A stretch of 64,000 nt of DNA from a virus (taxonomy: Duplodnaviria; Caudoviricetes): positions 3,162 to 67,161 of the IMG/VR virus record IMGVR_UViG_3300037467_000821; one strand, given 5' to 3'. This document shows positions 15,990 through 25,218 of this stretch, in pieces (within the stretch, counting starts at the first letter, position 1; every line of letters begins with the position of its first letter). Under the pieces are notes generated by a model, which saw only the letters and a list, made by a program, of their open reading frames with translations, was not told the DNA's origin and did no database searches. The position numbers were made by a program, and so were the translations under genes.

Positions 15990-16336
15990 GCCAGCGACAC
16001 AAGATCACGTGGTTCAAGCGGGACCACGGCGACAAGTGGCAGTGGCAGGGTTTCGAGGAGGCGCTGCAGACCGACGACGACGTCACGAATTGGTTCGACG
16101 GTCTCATCAAGCAGTACGGCGACGACGCGCCGGAATCCCCGGAGATCTTCGTTCTCGACCTGGAGCACCTGGACGAGCTGAGCGGCGCGTACGAGCCCGG
16201 CGAGGCCGAGATCGAGCTCCAGCTGCTGCGCGGCTGGCTGGAGGAGGTGGTCGACATCGACAGCATCACCGTCGAGGAGGAGTTCGACGAGTACCGCGCC
16301 CGCAAGATCTCGGAGGCACAGGAGGTCAACGAGTGA
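15986..16336 (+). CDS. acidic hypothetical protein (116 aa)
   Basis: ATGA coupling. Confidence 0.75.
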   Translation: MSQRHKITWFKRDHGDKWQWQGFEEALQTDDDVTNWFDGLIKQYGDDAPESPEIFVLDLEHLDELSGAYEPGEAEIELQLLRGWLEEVVDIDSITVEEEFDEYRARKISEAQEVNE

Positions 16337-17130
16337 GGGTCGCAATCCTGGGCTGCGGTCCTGCAGGTCTGATGGCGGCACACGCCGCTGTCATCGAGGG
16401 CCACGAGGTTGACATCATCTCCAAGCGTCGCAAGTCCGAGATGTTCGGCGCGCAGTACCTGCACAAGCCGATCCCGAGCCTGCCCGAGGTTTCCAGCGGT
16501 ATCGTCTTGTACAGGCTGGAGGACGGTACGCACGAGGAGTACCGGCTGAAGGTCTACGGCCATGAGTTCGGCGGCCAGGTCAGTACGCAGCAGTTCGGAG
16601 AGCCGCATGACGCCTGGGACATCCGTGCGACGTACAACTCCCTCTGGGATCTGTATTTCGAACGGATCAAGTCCGCCGAGTGGGATCGGAGCAACTCGCA
16701 TGTGCTCACCGAGCAGATCGTCGTGAACTACGACATGGTGATCAGCTCGCTTCCCCGCCCGGTGCTGTGCTTCAACCCGCAGCACCAGTTCGCCTCGAAG
16801 AAGATCTGGGCTGTCGGTGACGCTCCGGAGCGCGGCGTGTTCGTACCTTTCAGGGTGGAGAACATGAACGTGATCTGCAGCGCCTCTCCGGAAGTTGGCT
16901 GGTACCGCGCCTCGAACATCTTCGGGTACGGCACCGTGGAGTGGGCTCTCCGGAAGAAGCCGCCGGTCGCGGGCGTGTCCGTGGTAGTCAAGCCTCTGGC
17001 CACCGACTGCGATTGCTGGCCGATGATCAGGCACGTCGGCCGATACGGCAAGTGGAAGAAGGGCGTGTTGTCTCACACCGCGTACTTCGATACCCTCGAC
17101 TACGTCGTCAAGGGAGTTTTCATCCAGTGA
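16333..17130 (+). CDS. FAD-dependent oxidoreductase (265 aa)
   Basis: Rossmann VAILGCGPAGLMAA and C-terminal VGRYGKW. Confidence 0.85.
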   Translation: MRVAILGCGPAGLMAAHAAVIEGHEVDIISKRRKSEMFGAQYLHKPIPSLPEVSSGIVLYRLEDGTHEEYRLKVYGHEFGGQVSTQQFGEPHDAWDIRATYNSLWDLYFERIKSAEWDRSNSHVLTEQIVVNYDMVISSLPRPVLCFNPQHQFASKKIWAVGDAPERGVFVPFRVENMNVICSASPEVGWYRASNIFGYGTVEWALRKKPPVAGVSVVVKPLATDCDCWPMIRHVGRYGKWKKGVLSHTAYFDTLDYVVKGVFIQ

Positions 17131-17795
17131 GACACAACGGCGAAGGCCCGGTGATCGGGCTCGATGTGGACGGTACGCTCGGTGACTACCACGGGCATTT
17201 CCTGCGGTTCGCAGAGGGGTGGCTGGGAAGGGAGATGCCCGACCCTGTCACGATCAATCCGGGCCTCCCGTTGCACAAGTTCATGAAAACCAGCAAGAGC
17301 ACCTACCGCAAGATCAAGCTGGCTTACCGCGAAGGCGGACTGAAGCGCTCGATGCCGTGCTACGAAGGAGCCCGGGATTTGGCGTACCGGCTGCGCCAGT
17401 GGCAGTGCGAGGTATGGATCTGCACCTCAAGGCCGTACCTGGCACACGGCCCGATCGTCGGCGACACACAACACTGGCTCCGACGTAACAAGATCCAGCA
17501 CGATAACATCATCTGGGGCGAACACAAGTACCGTACGCTCCGGAAGATGGCGGGCAACCGCGTGGTGGGTGTGCTGGAGGACCTGCCGGTGATGGTTCGG
17601 CAGGCCACGGACAACAAGATTCCGGTGCTCCTTCGCACACAGCCGTATAACCGCTGGCTGGAGGAAGTACCTCCCGTTCAGCTGATGGGATCGGGGCTAG
17701 ACGTTCCGCCGGTCATGCGTGTAGATGACCTATGGCAGGCCATCGGCGGATTCGCCACTCTCGTGGAGAAATGGAAGCGAGAGAACATTGCCTGA
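17127..17795 (+). CDS. HAD-superfamily phosphatase (5'-nucleotidase-like)
   Basis: GLDVDGTL motif I, CTSRP motif II, LEDLP motif IV. Confidence 0.85.
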   Translation: MRHNGEGPVIGLDVDGTLGDYHGHFLRFAEGWLGREMPDPVTINPGLPLHKFMKTSKSTYRKIKLAYREGGLKRSMPCYEGARDLAYRLRQWQCEVWICTSRPYLAHGPIVGDTQHWLRRNKIQHDNIIWGEHKYRTLRKMAGNRVVGVLEDLPVMVRQATDNKIPVLLRTQPYNRWLEEVPPVQLMGSGLDVPPVMRVDDLWQAIGGFATLVEKWKRENIA

Positions 17796-18870
17796 TTACA
17801 GTAAGGCTAAGGAGGCCGTGAGCCAGTCCATCTCAGCTTTCGATGCCGAGCATTTCGCCGAGGCGTTGCGACGCAAGGCGATGTACCCGGCGCACAAGAA
17901 CTGCCCGCAACCGCGCTACGATTGGGCGCAGGGCCCCGTATGTGGCTGTGGAACGCCGTTGATGGGAAGCAACCCGCCAGTGGGCGGGGAAGGAGAGCAG
18001 AAGGATATGAGGGTTTACGAGAGGGATTTGGTGCAGGCACCGATTCCCGCCCTCCTCAGGGACGGCTCGTTGTTGTACCTCCCGGGAAAGGGCTGGTTCC
18101 GGTTCGACGGCAATCTCTCCAGCGGATGCTGGCAGATCCTCGTCAACCCGGACGTCGAGCCGTACTGGGGCGACCCGTTGAACCGCTGGACGCCGCTCAA
18201 GAAGGGCGAACGGGTCCAGATCATCGGAGGCGAGCACTTCGTCAACTGGCTCGGATCCGCCCAGGGCGAGATGGTGGACGGCACCGAGCAGGTGATCGTC
18301 GATGGTAAGGACTCGCCGTGGTCGTTCAGCCCGAAGTACCTGGTCCGAGTGCAGGACCTCACCGACGCGCATCTTGAAGCTACGGTCAAGGGCACATTCT
18401 CGAACATGGCCGACGAACCCATCGAGATGGGCCCTGGACACGTCATGCACAGCGTTCCTGACACCGACTACGAGCACGAGCTCGCGGCAGGTGTGTACGG
18501 GGAGGACGAGGTGAACGAGCACAAGCAGATCGTCCTGGCCCTCCCGATCAAGGCCATCCCGCCGACGGAAGCCTGCCACTTCATCTTCGGTGACGAGATC
18601 AACCAGGCTTTCCTGGTGGACTGGTGCATGCAGTTCATCAAGAAGCAGATGGACTACGGCGACAGCGCCAACGACCTCGGCATGGAGGGGCAGTACGCCG
18701 AGCTGCACCGCAAGATCGGCAAGCTCCGCCGGGCCATGTGGGAGGGCAAGCCTCTCGTCAATGAGGGACTGGAGGAAGTTCTGATGGATCTCATCGGGCA
18801 CTGCTTCCTGTCCCTTCTCTTCCTCAAGAGGCCGAGCATCACTCGTTACAAGAAGGGAAGCAACAAGTGA
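17788..18870 (+). CDS. multidomain protein with C-terminal Nmad1/DUF1599 (all-alpha NTP pyrophosphohydrolase-like) domain
   Basis: FIKKQMDYG...RKIGKL...EEVLMDLIGH; start codon uncertain. Confidence 0.7.
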   Translation: MPDYSKAKEAVSQSISAFDAEHFAEALRRKAMYPAHKNCPQPRYDWAQGPVCGCGTPLMGSNPPVGGEGEQKDMRVYERDLVQAPIPALLRDGSLLYLPGKGWFRFDGNLSSGCWQILVNPDVEPYWGDPLNRWTPLKKGERVQIIGGEHFVNWLGSAQGEMVDGTEQVIVDGKDSPWSFSPKYLVRVQDLTDAHLEATVKGTFSNMADEPIEMGPGHVMHSVPDTDYEHELAAGVYGEDEVNEHKQIVLALPIKAIPPTEACHFIFGDEINQAFLVDWCMQFIKKQMDYGDSANDLGMEGQYAELHRKIGKLRRAMWEGKPLVNEGLEEVLMDLIGHCFLSLLFLKRPSITRYKKGSNK

Positions 18871-19475
18871 AGGCTCTTCCGATTTGGGGTGGTCGTCTCA
18901 CCGAGGAGGACGACAACCCGATGGGATTGATCCAGTTCGCGCTCGATCGCAAGATTCCGGACTGGGTGGAAGCTGACCTTTCGAAGCCGGTGATCGACAT
19001 CGGTCCGGGTACCAAGTTCAACCAGATGGCCGACAAGATCGTCGACTACCCCGAGTTCAACCTCGACGGCCAGCTCTCGGTGGAGGTCGAGTGGACATCG
19101 GAATCGGGGATCACCGCGAGTGGCCGAGACCCGTTGCCGTTCGGTAAGGACGAGGTCGGCGGCATCTTCGCGATCAACGTCCTGGAGCACCTCTGGGATC
19201 CGCGCCACCTGATCGACGAGGCCGCGCGTGTGCTGGCGCCGGGGTGCCCGTTCACGATCTTCGTGCCGCACCCCGACTCGGTGATGTACAAGCAGGATCT
19301 CGACCACAAGAGCCGCTTCGTCCTGGACACCTGGGACAACTACCTGAACAGCCCCTACTACGAGAAGGGGCGTAGCCGTCCGCCTCTGCGGGTCGGCTTC
19401 AACATGATCATGGCCGTCAAGGAGGACAACGTCGGCATCCTCACCCAGCTGATCAAGACGGGAGAGCCGCGATGA
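18867..19475 (+). CDS. class I SAM-dependent methyltransferase (Methyltransf_11-like)
   Basis: IDIGPG, LPF, NVLEHL, EAARVLAPG motifs. Confidence 0.8.
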   Translation: MKALPIWGGRLTEEDDNPMGLIQFALDRKIPDWVEADLSKPVIDIGPGTKFNQMADKIVDYPEFNLDGQLSVEVEWTSESGITASGRDPLPFGKDEVGGIFAINVLEHLWDPRHLIDEAARVLAPGCPFTIFVPHPDSVMYKQDLDHKSRFVLDTWDNYLNSPYYEKGRSRPPLRVGFNMIMAVKEDNVGILTQLIKTGEPR

Positions 19476-19660
19476 GCGAGGAGAAGAGCAAGGACGACCG
19501 GACCGAGGGGCAGAAGGAGCTCGACGAGGCGCTGTACCGCGTCCGGGTCGAGCTCGTCGGCGCGGTCGGTGACGTCATCAAGGCGTTGACGCCAGTCTTT
19601 TCGGAGGCCAACAAGGTCATCCAGGCGCTCGTGAAGATCTCTCGGGAGGGCAGGAAGTGA
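19472..19660 (+). CDS. hypothetical protein (62 aa)
   Basis: ATGA coupling. Confidence 0.7.
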   Translation: MSEEKSKDDRTEGQKELDEALYRVRVELVGAVGDVIKALTPVFSEANKVIQALVKISREGRK

Positions 19661-20385
19661 AGCACGGACTGATCGTCGGCGGCAAGTCCGAGGGCGGGAT
19701 CGGGCAGGCCTGCGAGAGCTGGTTCTCGGTCGACCCACGCTTCAACAGCGTGAACTGGTACGTGCCGTCCGCGGAGGAGCTGGATGTCCGAAACGACAAC
19801 CACATCAACGACTACATCGAGCGCGCCGACGAGCACGGAGTCAGCGGCTTCGACTACGTCGTGTACGCGGCGGGGGTGAACGGGCTCTGCTGGGCAGACG
19901 AGCTCTACATGCTCGAGATGGTCGACCTGTTCAAGGTCAACGTGTTCGGCTTCATTTCGCTGCTCGGGCAGATCCGGGCAACCTGGCCGGGGAAGAACTT
20001 CTCGGCCGTGGCGATCTCGTCGGACGCCGCCTACACGCCGATGCGCGGATCGGTGAACTACTGCGCCAGCAAGGCTGCTCTCGACATGGCAGTCAAGACG
20101 CTGGCACGGGAGTGGAACGTTCCGGAAGAGCTCGAGAAGGGTTCCGTCCGGGTCAACGCCGTTGCGCCGGGCATGGTGGAAGACACACCCATGTCCAGGT
20201 ACATCGAGGAGACGGTGCCCTCGTTCCGAGGCTGGACGGCGGAGAAGGCGCTCGCCTACGAGCAGAGCATGCAGCCGATGGGTCGCCGAGCCGACAAGGC
20301 CGAGGTGGCCCACCTGGTCGCCGACGTCCTGTACGGCCCGAACTACCTCAACGGCGCCATCGTCCCGCTGACGGGCGCCAAGTAG
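19657..20385 (+). CDS. SDR-family NAD(P)-dependent oxidoreductase
   Basis: GGxxxGGIG, YAAG, ISSDAA, YCASK (YxxxK), VNAVAPG. Confidence 0.92.
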   Translation: MKHGLIVGGKSEGGIGQACESWFSVDPRFNSVNWYVPSAEELDVRNDNHINDYIERADEHGVSGFDYVVYAAGVNGLCWADELYMLEMVDLFKVNVFGFISLLGQIRATWPGKNFSAVAISSDAAYTPMRGSVNYCASKAALDMAVKTLAREWNVPEELEKGSVRVNAVAPGMVEDTPMSRYIEETVPSFRGWTAEKALAYEQSMQPMGRRADKAEVAHLVADVLYGPNYLNGAIVPLTGAK

Positions 20386-20406
20386 CCTCAGCCTCTGGCT
20401 GACTCT

Positions 20407-20447
20407 GGAGCCGGGTACTGCCACCCCGACAACCCGGCTCCGGGGTG
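20407..20447 (+). promoter_or_regulatory. 10-bp hairpin with C-rich loop (terminator or regulatory switch)
   Basis: GGAGCCGGGT/ACCCGGCTCC; loop CACCCC complementary to adjacent GGGGTG. Confidence 0.5.
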
Positions 20448-20463
20448 AACGAGAGGAGAGCAG

Positions 20464-20916
20464 ATGGATTTCCTTCCGAACGAAGTGGAAATGAGGTCCG
20501 GGGGTTATCTCGGCGAGAAACGCATCAACATCGACATCTTTCTGAGCGAAGCGCCCGGACCCCGGAATGAGCGAGCCTGCCGAGTGCCTATCACCTCCGA
20601 TGCGCTCGATTACGCTTTCGAGCGCGAGGGCATCGACGGCGTTCGAAGCGTCCTGGAGATGGCGATGCGCCAGATCACCGACATCGCCATCAACGAGCTC
20701 CTGAAGGAATACCAGAAGGAGGCGCAGCGCCGGATCGAGCAGGAACGAAAGGCGAGAATGGGACCGCTGGGGTTCCTGGGAGACATCGCCGTGGCCCTGC
20801 ACGAGAAGCGAACTGGAAGGAGCCAGCGCGATGCCGATCGAAGGCATGAATGCGAAGACAGGTGCTGTGAAGCCTGCAACAACGGAACCTGCGATCACCC
20901 CGAGTGCCACAGTTGA
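20464..20916 (+). CDS. hypothetical protein with Cys-rich C-terminus
   Basis: GGAGAG SD. Confidence 0.7.
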   Translation: MDFLPNEVEMRSGGYLGEKRINIDIFLSEAPGPRNERACRVPITSDALDYAFEREGIDGVRSVLEMAMRQITDIAINELLKEYQKEAQRRIEQERKARMGPLGFLGDIAVALHEKRTGRSQRDADRRHECEDRCCEACNNGTCDHPECHS

Positions 20917-21154
20917 CATCTGCCTCCTGACGTGCAGCTGTAGCACACCGTGCTGCGAGGTTGACATCGGCGTCGGCTATGCCAACTGTGGCGCACAGCA
21001 CTGTACCGTTCATGCCTGCCCAGAAAACCAGGGCGTTCCGTCCTATGACACGTACACCGGAAAGAGCATGACCTCTTCCGAGATCGACCGGTACCAGGAC
21101 GGCGACCTGCAGGGCCTCCTGCGGCAGGACAAAGTTAGGGGGCGAAAGATCTAA
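20831..21154 (+). CDS. Cys-rich hypothetical protein
   Basis: CxxxCxC..CC..C..HC..HxC; start uncertain (overlap). Confidence 0.55.
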   Translation: MPIEGMNAKTGAVKPATTEPAITPSATVDICLLTCSCSTPCCEVDIGVGYANCGAQHCTVHACPENQGVPSYDTYTGKSMTSSEIDRYQDGDLQGLLRQDKVRGRKI

Positions 21155-21155
21155 C

Positions 21156-24100
21156 ATGGAGTACGTCTCTCTTCACCACCACAGCACGTTCAGCTACATG
21201 GACGGCTATGGCACTCCGGACGAGCACGTCGCTAGGGCTGCGGAGCTCGGGATGACGGCTCTGGCGCTGACCGAACACGGCAACGTCTCCTCGCACGTCA
21301 AGCTTGAGAAGGCGGCTAACGCCGCTGGCATCAAGCCGATCTATGGCGCTGAGCTCTACACCGCGCCTGGAAGGCACCGGTCGAAATGGCACCTCACCGC
21401 CCTGGCGGAAACGCAGGAGGGCTACCAGAACCTGAACCGGATCGTCAGCCGCTCGTGGTCCGAGAACTTCTACCAGTGGCCCACCGCTACCGCCGAGATG
21501 ATCCGCGAGCACAGCTCTGGCCTGATATTGACGTCCGGTTGCGCCGACTCGCTGCTCAGCTGTACCTTGCTGGGCGGGAAGAGCAATGGCGAGAAGCGTA
21601 CGACCGCTACATCGGACGACATGAAGGCAGCCGAGGGCGTCATCCGGTACTTCCAGGATTTGGTTGGCAAGGACAACTACTTCTTGGAAGTACAGCAGTT
21701 TCCCGAGCTGGAACGCACGTGCACGCTGAATCCTGCCTTCGCAGAGTTGTCTGCGAGGACGGGGGCACCCCTGGTCGCTACGGCGGACTGCCACTACCCG
21801 TACCCGGACGACAACGAGATGCAGAAGATCTTGCACGCTGCAGGTCGTGGTCTCGGGACGGTGGCGAAGGCGGAGGCGGGGTGGGAATACGACATTCGGT
21901 TGACGCCACCGACCAGCGACCAGCAAATCCTGCAGGCCCTGGTTGGTACCGGTTTGACAGCTTCGCAGGCGTGGCAGTCAATCGAATCTACGAAGAACAT
22001 CGCGATGCGTTCTTCCGTCGTCTTGCCCAAGAACGAGCTGCTGCGTTTCCCTCTGTCCGTCGGATACAATTCACCCAAAGATCTCCTCTGGGACAAGATC
22101 CGGGATGGATGGAAGTATCGTATGCGGACGAACCGGGTCTTCCGCCGAATGATGGCGGACCCGGCGATGAAGCAGGCCGCATCTGACAAGCTGTTTTACG
22201 AGATGTCGGTGATCGGCGACAAGGACGGCTTCTGCGACTACTTCCTGATGCTAGCCCAGGTGGTCGCATGGGCAAAGGATCAGGGCATCGCCGTCGGGCC
22301 CGCGCGTGGCAGTGCGGCGGCGAGCCTGGTTCTGTTCCTGATCCGCATCACCGAGGTCAATCCCTTGATGTTCCCGACGATGGTGTTCGAGCGGTTCATG
22401 GACGTGACCCGCCTAGACATGCCCGACGTCGACCTGGATTTCGCCGATGACCGGCGGGAAGAAGTTCGGCAATTTCTGGTCCGCACGTGGGGTATTGACC
22501 GTGTCGCCAACATCGGGAACTTCGTACGGTACAAGGGAAAGAACTCGATCGACGATGTCTCCCGGGTGCACATGATCCCCAAGTGGCAGGCGGAGATCGT
22601 AAAGTCTCGGATCATCGAGAGGTCGGGCGGTGACTCGCGAGCCTCCGACTCGCTGGAAGACACCTTCAAGACATTTCCGCAGGCACAGGCGGTGCTGGAC
22701 CAGCGGCCGGAGCTCGGCTATGCCATCCGCCTGGAGGGCAACTACCGGGGGATGTCGGTGCACGCGGCCGGTATCGTCATCAGCAACAACCCGATCTCCG
22801 ACACGTGCGCCATGTACGAGCGCGAGGTCAAGGGCGAGCCGCGTGCCGTGTTGGCGTATGACAAGAAGGACGCCGAGTACCTCGGTATGCTCAAGATGGA
22901 CTTTCTTGGGCTGTCCACGATGGGCATGATCGCCATCGCGTTGGACCTGATCGGGATGAAGCTGGAGGAGCTGTATGACATCCCTCTCGACGAACCAGAG
23001 ACTCTCGCTGGTTTCAAAAGTAATGATGTTGTCGGTATTTTCCAATTCGAAGGTCGTGCCACCCGACTTGTATGTGCCGATGTCTCCCCTGACAATTTCA
23101 TGCATCTCGCGGATATCAACGCCCTTTCCCGCCCCGGGCCGCTGTTCTCCGGAATGACCGCGCAGTACGTCGAGGTCAAACACGGCCGCAAGGAAGCCGA
23201 AGCGCTGCATCCGCTGGTAGACAAGCACACCTCCTGGACCAACGGTCAGATCGTGTATCAGGAACAGGTACTCAACATCATCCGGGAGGTCGGTGGGTTC
23301 CCGGTCGCCAAGGTCGGCGACATTCGTAAGATCATCTCGCAGAAGCTCGGCGAGATGTCCTTCAACAAGATGCAGGATGAGTTCATTGACGGAGCGGCTC
23401 GTCTCCACGGTATTGACCGAGACCTGGCAGTCCGCATCTGGAAGTTCATGGTCACGTCAGCGACGTATTCATTCAACGTCGCGCACTGCGTCTCCTACAG
23501 CATGCTGGCGTTTTGGTGTATGTGGCTTAAGCGACACCATCCACTGGCTTTCTACACGGCACAGCTCCGTAAGACAGCTGAGGACAAGTGGCCGAAACTC
23601 CTGAAGGATGCCCGGAAGCACGGCGTTAATGTGCTTCCCCCGGACATCGCTATTAGCGAGGGCACCTGGGTGCCTGACTATGAGGCTGAAGCTGTACGGG
23701 CCGGTTTCACGCAGATCAAGGGGATCGGCGACAAGACTTGGGAGCGCATCGACGAGATGCGCCGAGAGGACCCGCTCGGCTTCGTCACGTGGGCGGACCT
23801 GGAGAAGGTCAAGGGCATCGGGCCCAAGACGATCGAGAAGATCGTGACGTTCTGCGAGAACCCAGACCCGTTCGGCCTGGACCGCGTTCGTGAGATCCTG
23901 AACGAGTACAGGCGCGAGCTGCGCAATCAACGCGGTGGCTGGCGCGGGTTGCCAGTGACCACGCACATGTCCGATGACATCGGTCGGCACGATTCGATCA
24001 AGGATGTCGTCTGGATGGGGATGGTCCGGAAGAAGAACTACCAGGACTATGTCGAGAACCAGCGTACCCGTACCGGTGACGAGGTCGAAGACATCCTGGC

Positions 24101-24365
24101 TCGTACCAAGGACCCACACCTCCTCACCTCGTGCGTGCTGCAGGCGTACGATGACGGTGACGAGGACGTATACCTCCGGTTCAACCGGTGGCGCTTCCCC
24201 AAGGTCAAGGACCAGATTGAATCTCTGGAACTTGACGAGCATGTCGTGCTGGTGATTGCCGACAAGAAGGACGACTTCGGCATCTCGCTACACGTGAAGC
24301 ACCTCATCGTCATCGAGCCAGATGACGAGGATGAGGTGGACGAACTAGAGGAAGAGGAAATGTGA
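21156..24365 (+). CDS. dnaE: DNA polymerase III alpha subunit (family C) with PHP domain
   Basis: HHHSTFSYMDG, TEHGN, ADCHY (PHP); GPARGSAAASL; MPDVDLDF; YQEQ; YSFNVAH. Confidence 0.97.
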   Translation: MEYVSLHHHSTFSYMDGYGTPDEHVARAAELGMTALALTEHGNVSSHVKLEKAANAAGIKPIYGAELYTAPGRHRSKWHLTALAETQEGYQNLNRIVSRSWSENFYQWPTATAEMIREHSSGLILTSGCADSLLSCTLLGGKSNGEKRTTATSDDMKAAEGVIRYFQDLVGKDNYFLEVQQFPELERTCTLNPAFAELSARTGAPLVATADCHYPYPDDNEMQKILHAAGRGLGTVAKAEAGWEYDIRLTPPTSDQQILQALVGTGLTASQAWQSIESTKNIAMRSSVVLPKNELLRFPLSVGYNSPKDLLWDKIRDGWKYRMRTNRVFRRMMADPAMKQAASDKLFYEMSVIGDKDGFCDYFLMLAQVVAWAKDQGIAVGPARGSAAASLVLFLIRITEVNPLMFPTMVFERFMDVTRLDMPDVDLDFADDRREEVRQFLVRTWGIDRVANIGNFVRYKGKNSIDDVSRVHMIPKWQAEIVKSRIIERSGGDSRASDSLEDTFKTFPQAQAVLDQRPELGYAIRLEGNYRGMSVHAAGIVISNNPISDTCAMYEREVKGEPRAVLAYDKKDAEYLGMLKMDFLGLSTMGMIAIALDLIGMKLEELYDIPLDEPETLAGFKSNDVVGIFQFEGRATRLVCADVSPDNFMHLADINALSRPGPLFSGMTAQYVEVKHGRKEAEALHPLVDKHTSWTNGQIVYQEQVLNIIREVGGFPVAKVGDIRKIISQKLGEMSFNKMQDEFIDGAARLHGIDRDLAVRIWKFMVTSATYSFNVAHCVSYSMLAFWCMWLKRHHPLAFYTAQLRKTAEDKWPKLLKDARKHGVNVLPPDIAISEGTWVPDYEAEAVRAGFTQIKGIGDKTWERIDEMRREDPLGFVTWADLEKVKGIGPKTIEKIVTFCENPDPFGLDRVREILNEYRRELRNQRGGWRGLPVTTHMSDDIGRHDSIKDVVWMGMVRKKNYQDYVENQRTRTGDEVEDILARTKDPHLLTSCVLQAYDDGDEDVYLRFNRWRFPKVKDQIESLELDEHVVLVIADKKDDFGISLHVKHLIVIEPDDEDEVDELEEEEM

Positions 24366-24463
24366 GCTGGCCTGAAGCTATTGTTTGGTGCGTAGCCCTG
24401 GCGTCCGCAGGGCTGGTTGTGGCAGCCTTCTTCAAGGCAATGGGTGGAGGCTGGGACAAGTGA
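24362..24463 (+). CDS. small membrane protein (33 aa)
   Basis: Hand-translated, GTGA overlap. Confidence 0.5.
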   Translation: MSWPEAIVWCVALASAGLVVAAFFKAMGGGWDK

Positions 24464-24633
24464 ACGGTCTACTGATGCTCCTGTTCCGGCTGTGGATCTG
24501 GAACTCCAACAGGAAGGTCGAGAAGACGTTCGTGAAGCAACTGGACCAGGAGCAGGACACCGTTCGAATCAACTGGGCGAAGGAGTTCGGAAGCGAACAC
24601 GCCCAGGGCCGACACCACCTACGGAAGAGGTAG
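24460..24633 (+). CDS. hypothetical protein (57 aa)
   Basis: GTGA overlap. Confidence 0.5.
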   Translation: MNGLLMLLFRLWIWNSNRKVEKTFVKQLDQEQDTVRINWAKEFGSEHAQGRHHLRKR

Positions 24634-24637
24634 ACTA

Positions 24638-24928
24638 ATGGCTGAGGAAATCGCGCACACGCACTACATCGCCCGGATCGTGATCGAGCGCGTGAATCAC
24701 ATGCAGGAGCCCGCGAAGAGCCACGTGCACAACTCGGAGCCGACGCCGACCGGGCGGAAGGTCACCGAGCTGGCCACGATCACGCTGCGGAACGACGAGC
24801 TCGACAGGCTCGTGGATCGGGTCACGCAGCACCTCGGGCTCATCGAGGACATCGAGGCGATCGACGACCAGCGAAAGGGCCTGCGTGGTAGCGGCATGGA
24901 CCCGCAACCGAAGTACCGGGACCGCTGA
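24638..24928 (+). CDS. hypothetical protein (96 aa)
   Basis: GAGG SD, codon pattern. Confidence 0.75.
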   Translation: MAEEIAHTHYIARIVIERVNHMQEPAKSHVHNSEPTPTGRKVTELATITLRNDELDRLVDRVTQHLGLIEDIEAIDDQRKGLRGSGMDPQPKYRDR

Positions 24929-25218
24929 TGGCCGCGATCCTGATCATCTCCTTCTACGATGACACGCATGAGGAGATCGAGTTCAACGAGGAGAACGGCA
25001 AGTACTGGAAGCCCACGATGCAGGGGCTGATGATCAAGACGAACGGGGTTCGGGGGAGCCGCACTGTTTATCCCTGGTCCTCGATTCGCAAGTACCACAT
25101 CGAAACGGAGGTCGGTCAACGTGACCGAGAACGACTCGCAGAAGAACGAGCCCAGCAAGACCATAGCTCGGTGGGCGGACGTGGCGATGTACACGAGCAA
25201 GCCGATCCAGGCGTCTGA
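24928..25218 (+). CDS. hypothetical protein (96 aa)
   Basis: TGATG coupling; 3' end overlaps thyX. Confidence 0.65.
   Translation: MAAILIISFYDDTHEEIEFNEENGKYWKPTMQGLMIKTNGVRGSRTVYPWSSIRKYHIETEVGQRDRERLAEERAQQDHSSVGGRGDVHEQADPGV

Noticed and set aside
21156-24365. Intein or intron in DnaE, terminase, helicase or ThyX
   Set aside because: Protein lengths are normal, and no C/S...HN splice motifs or LAGLIDADG/HNH inserts were seen
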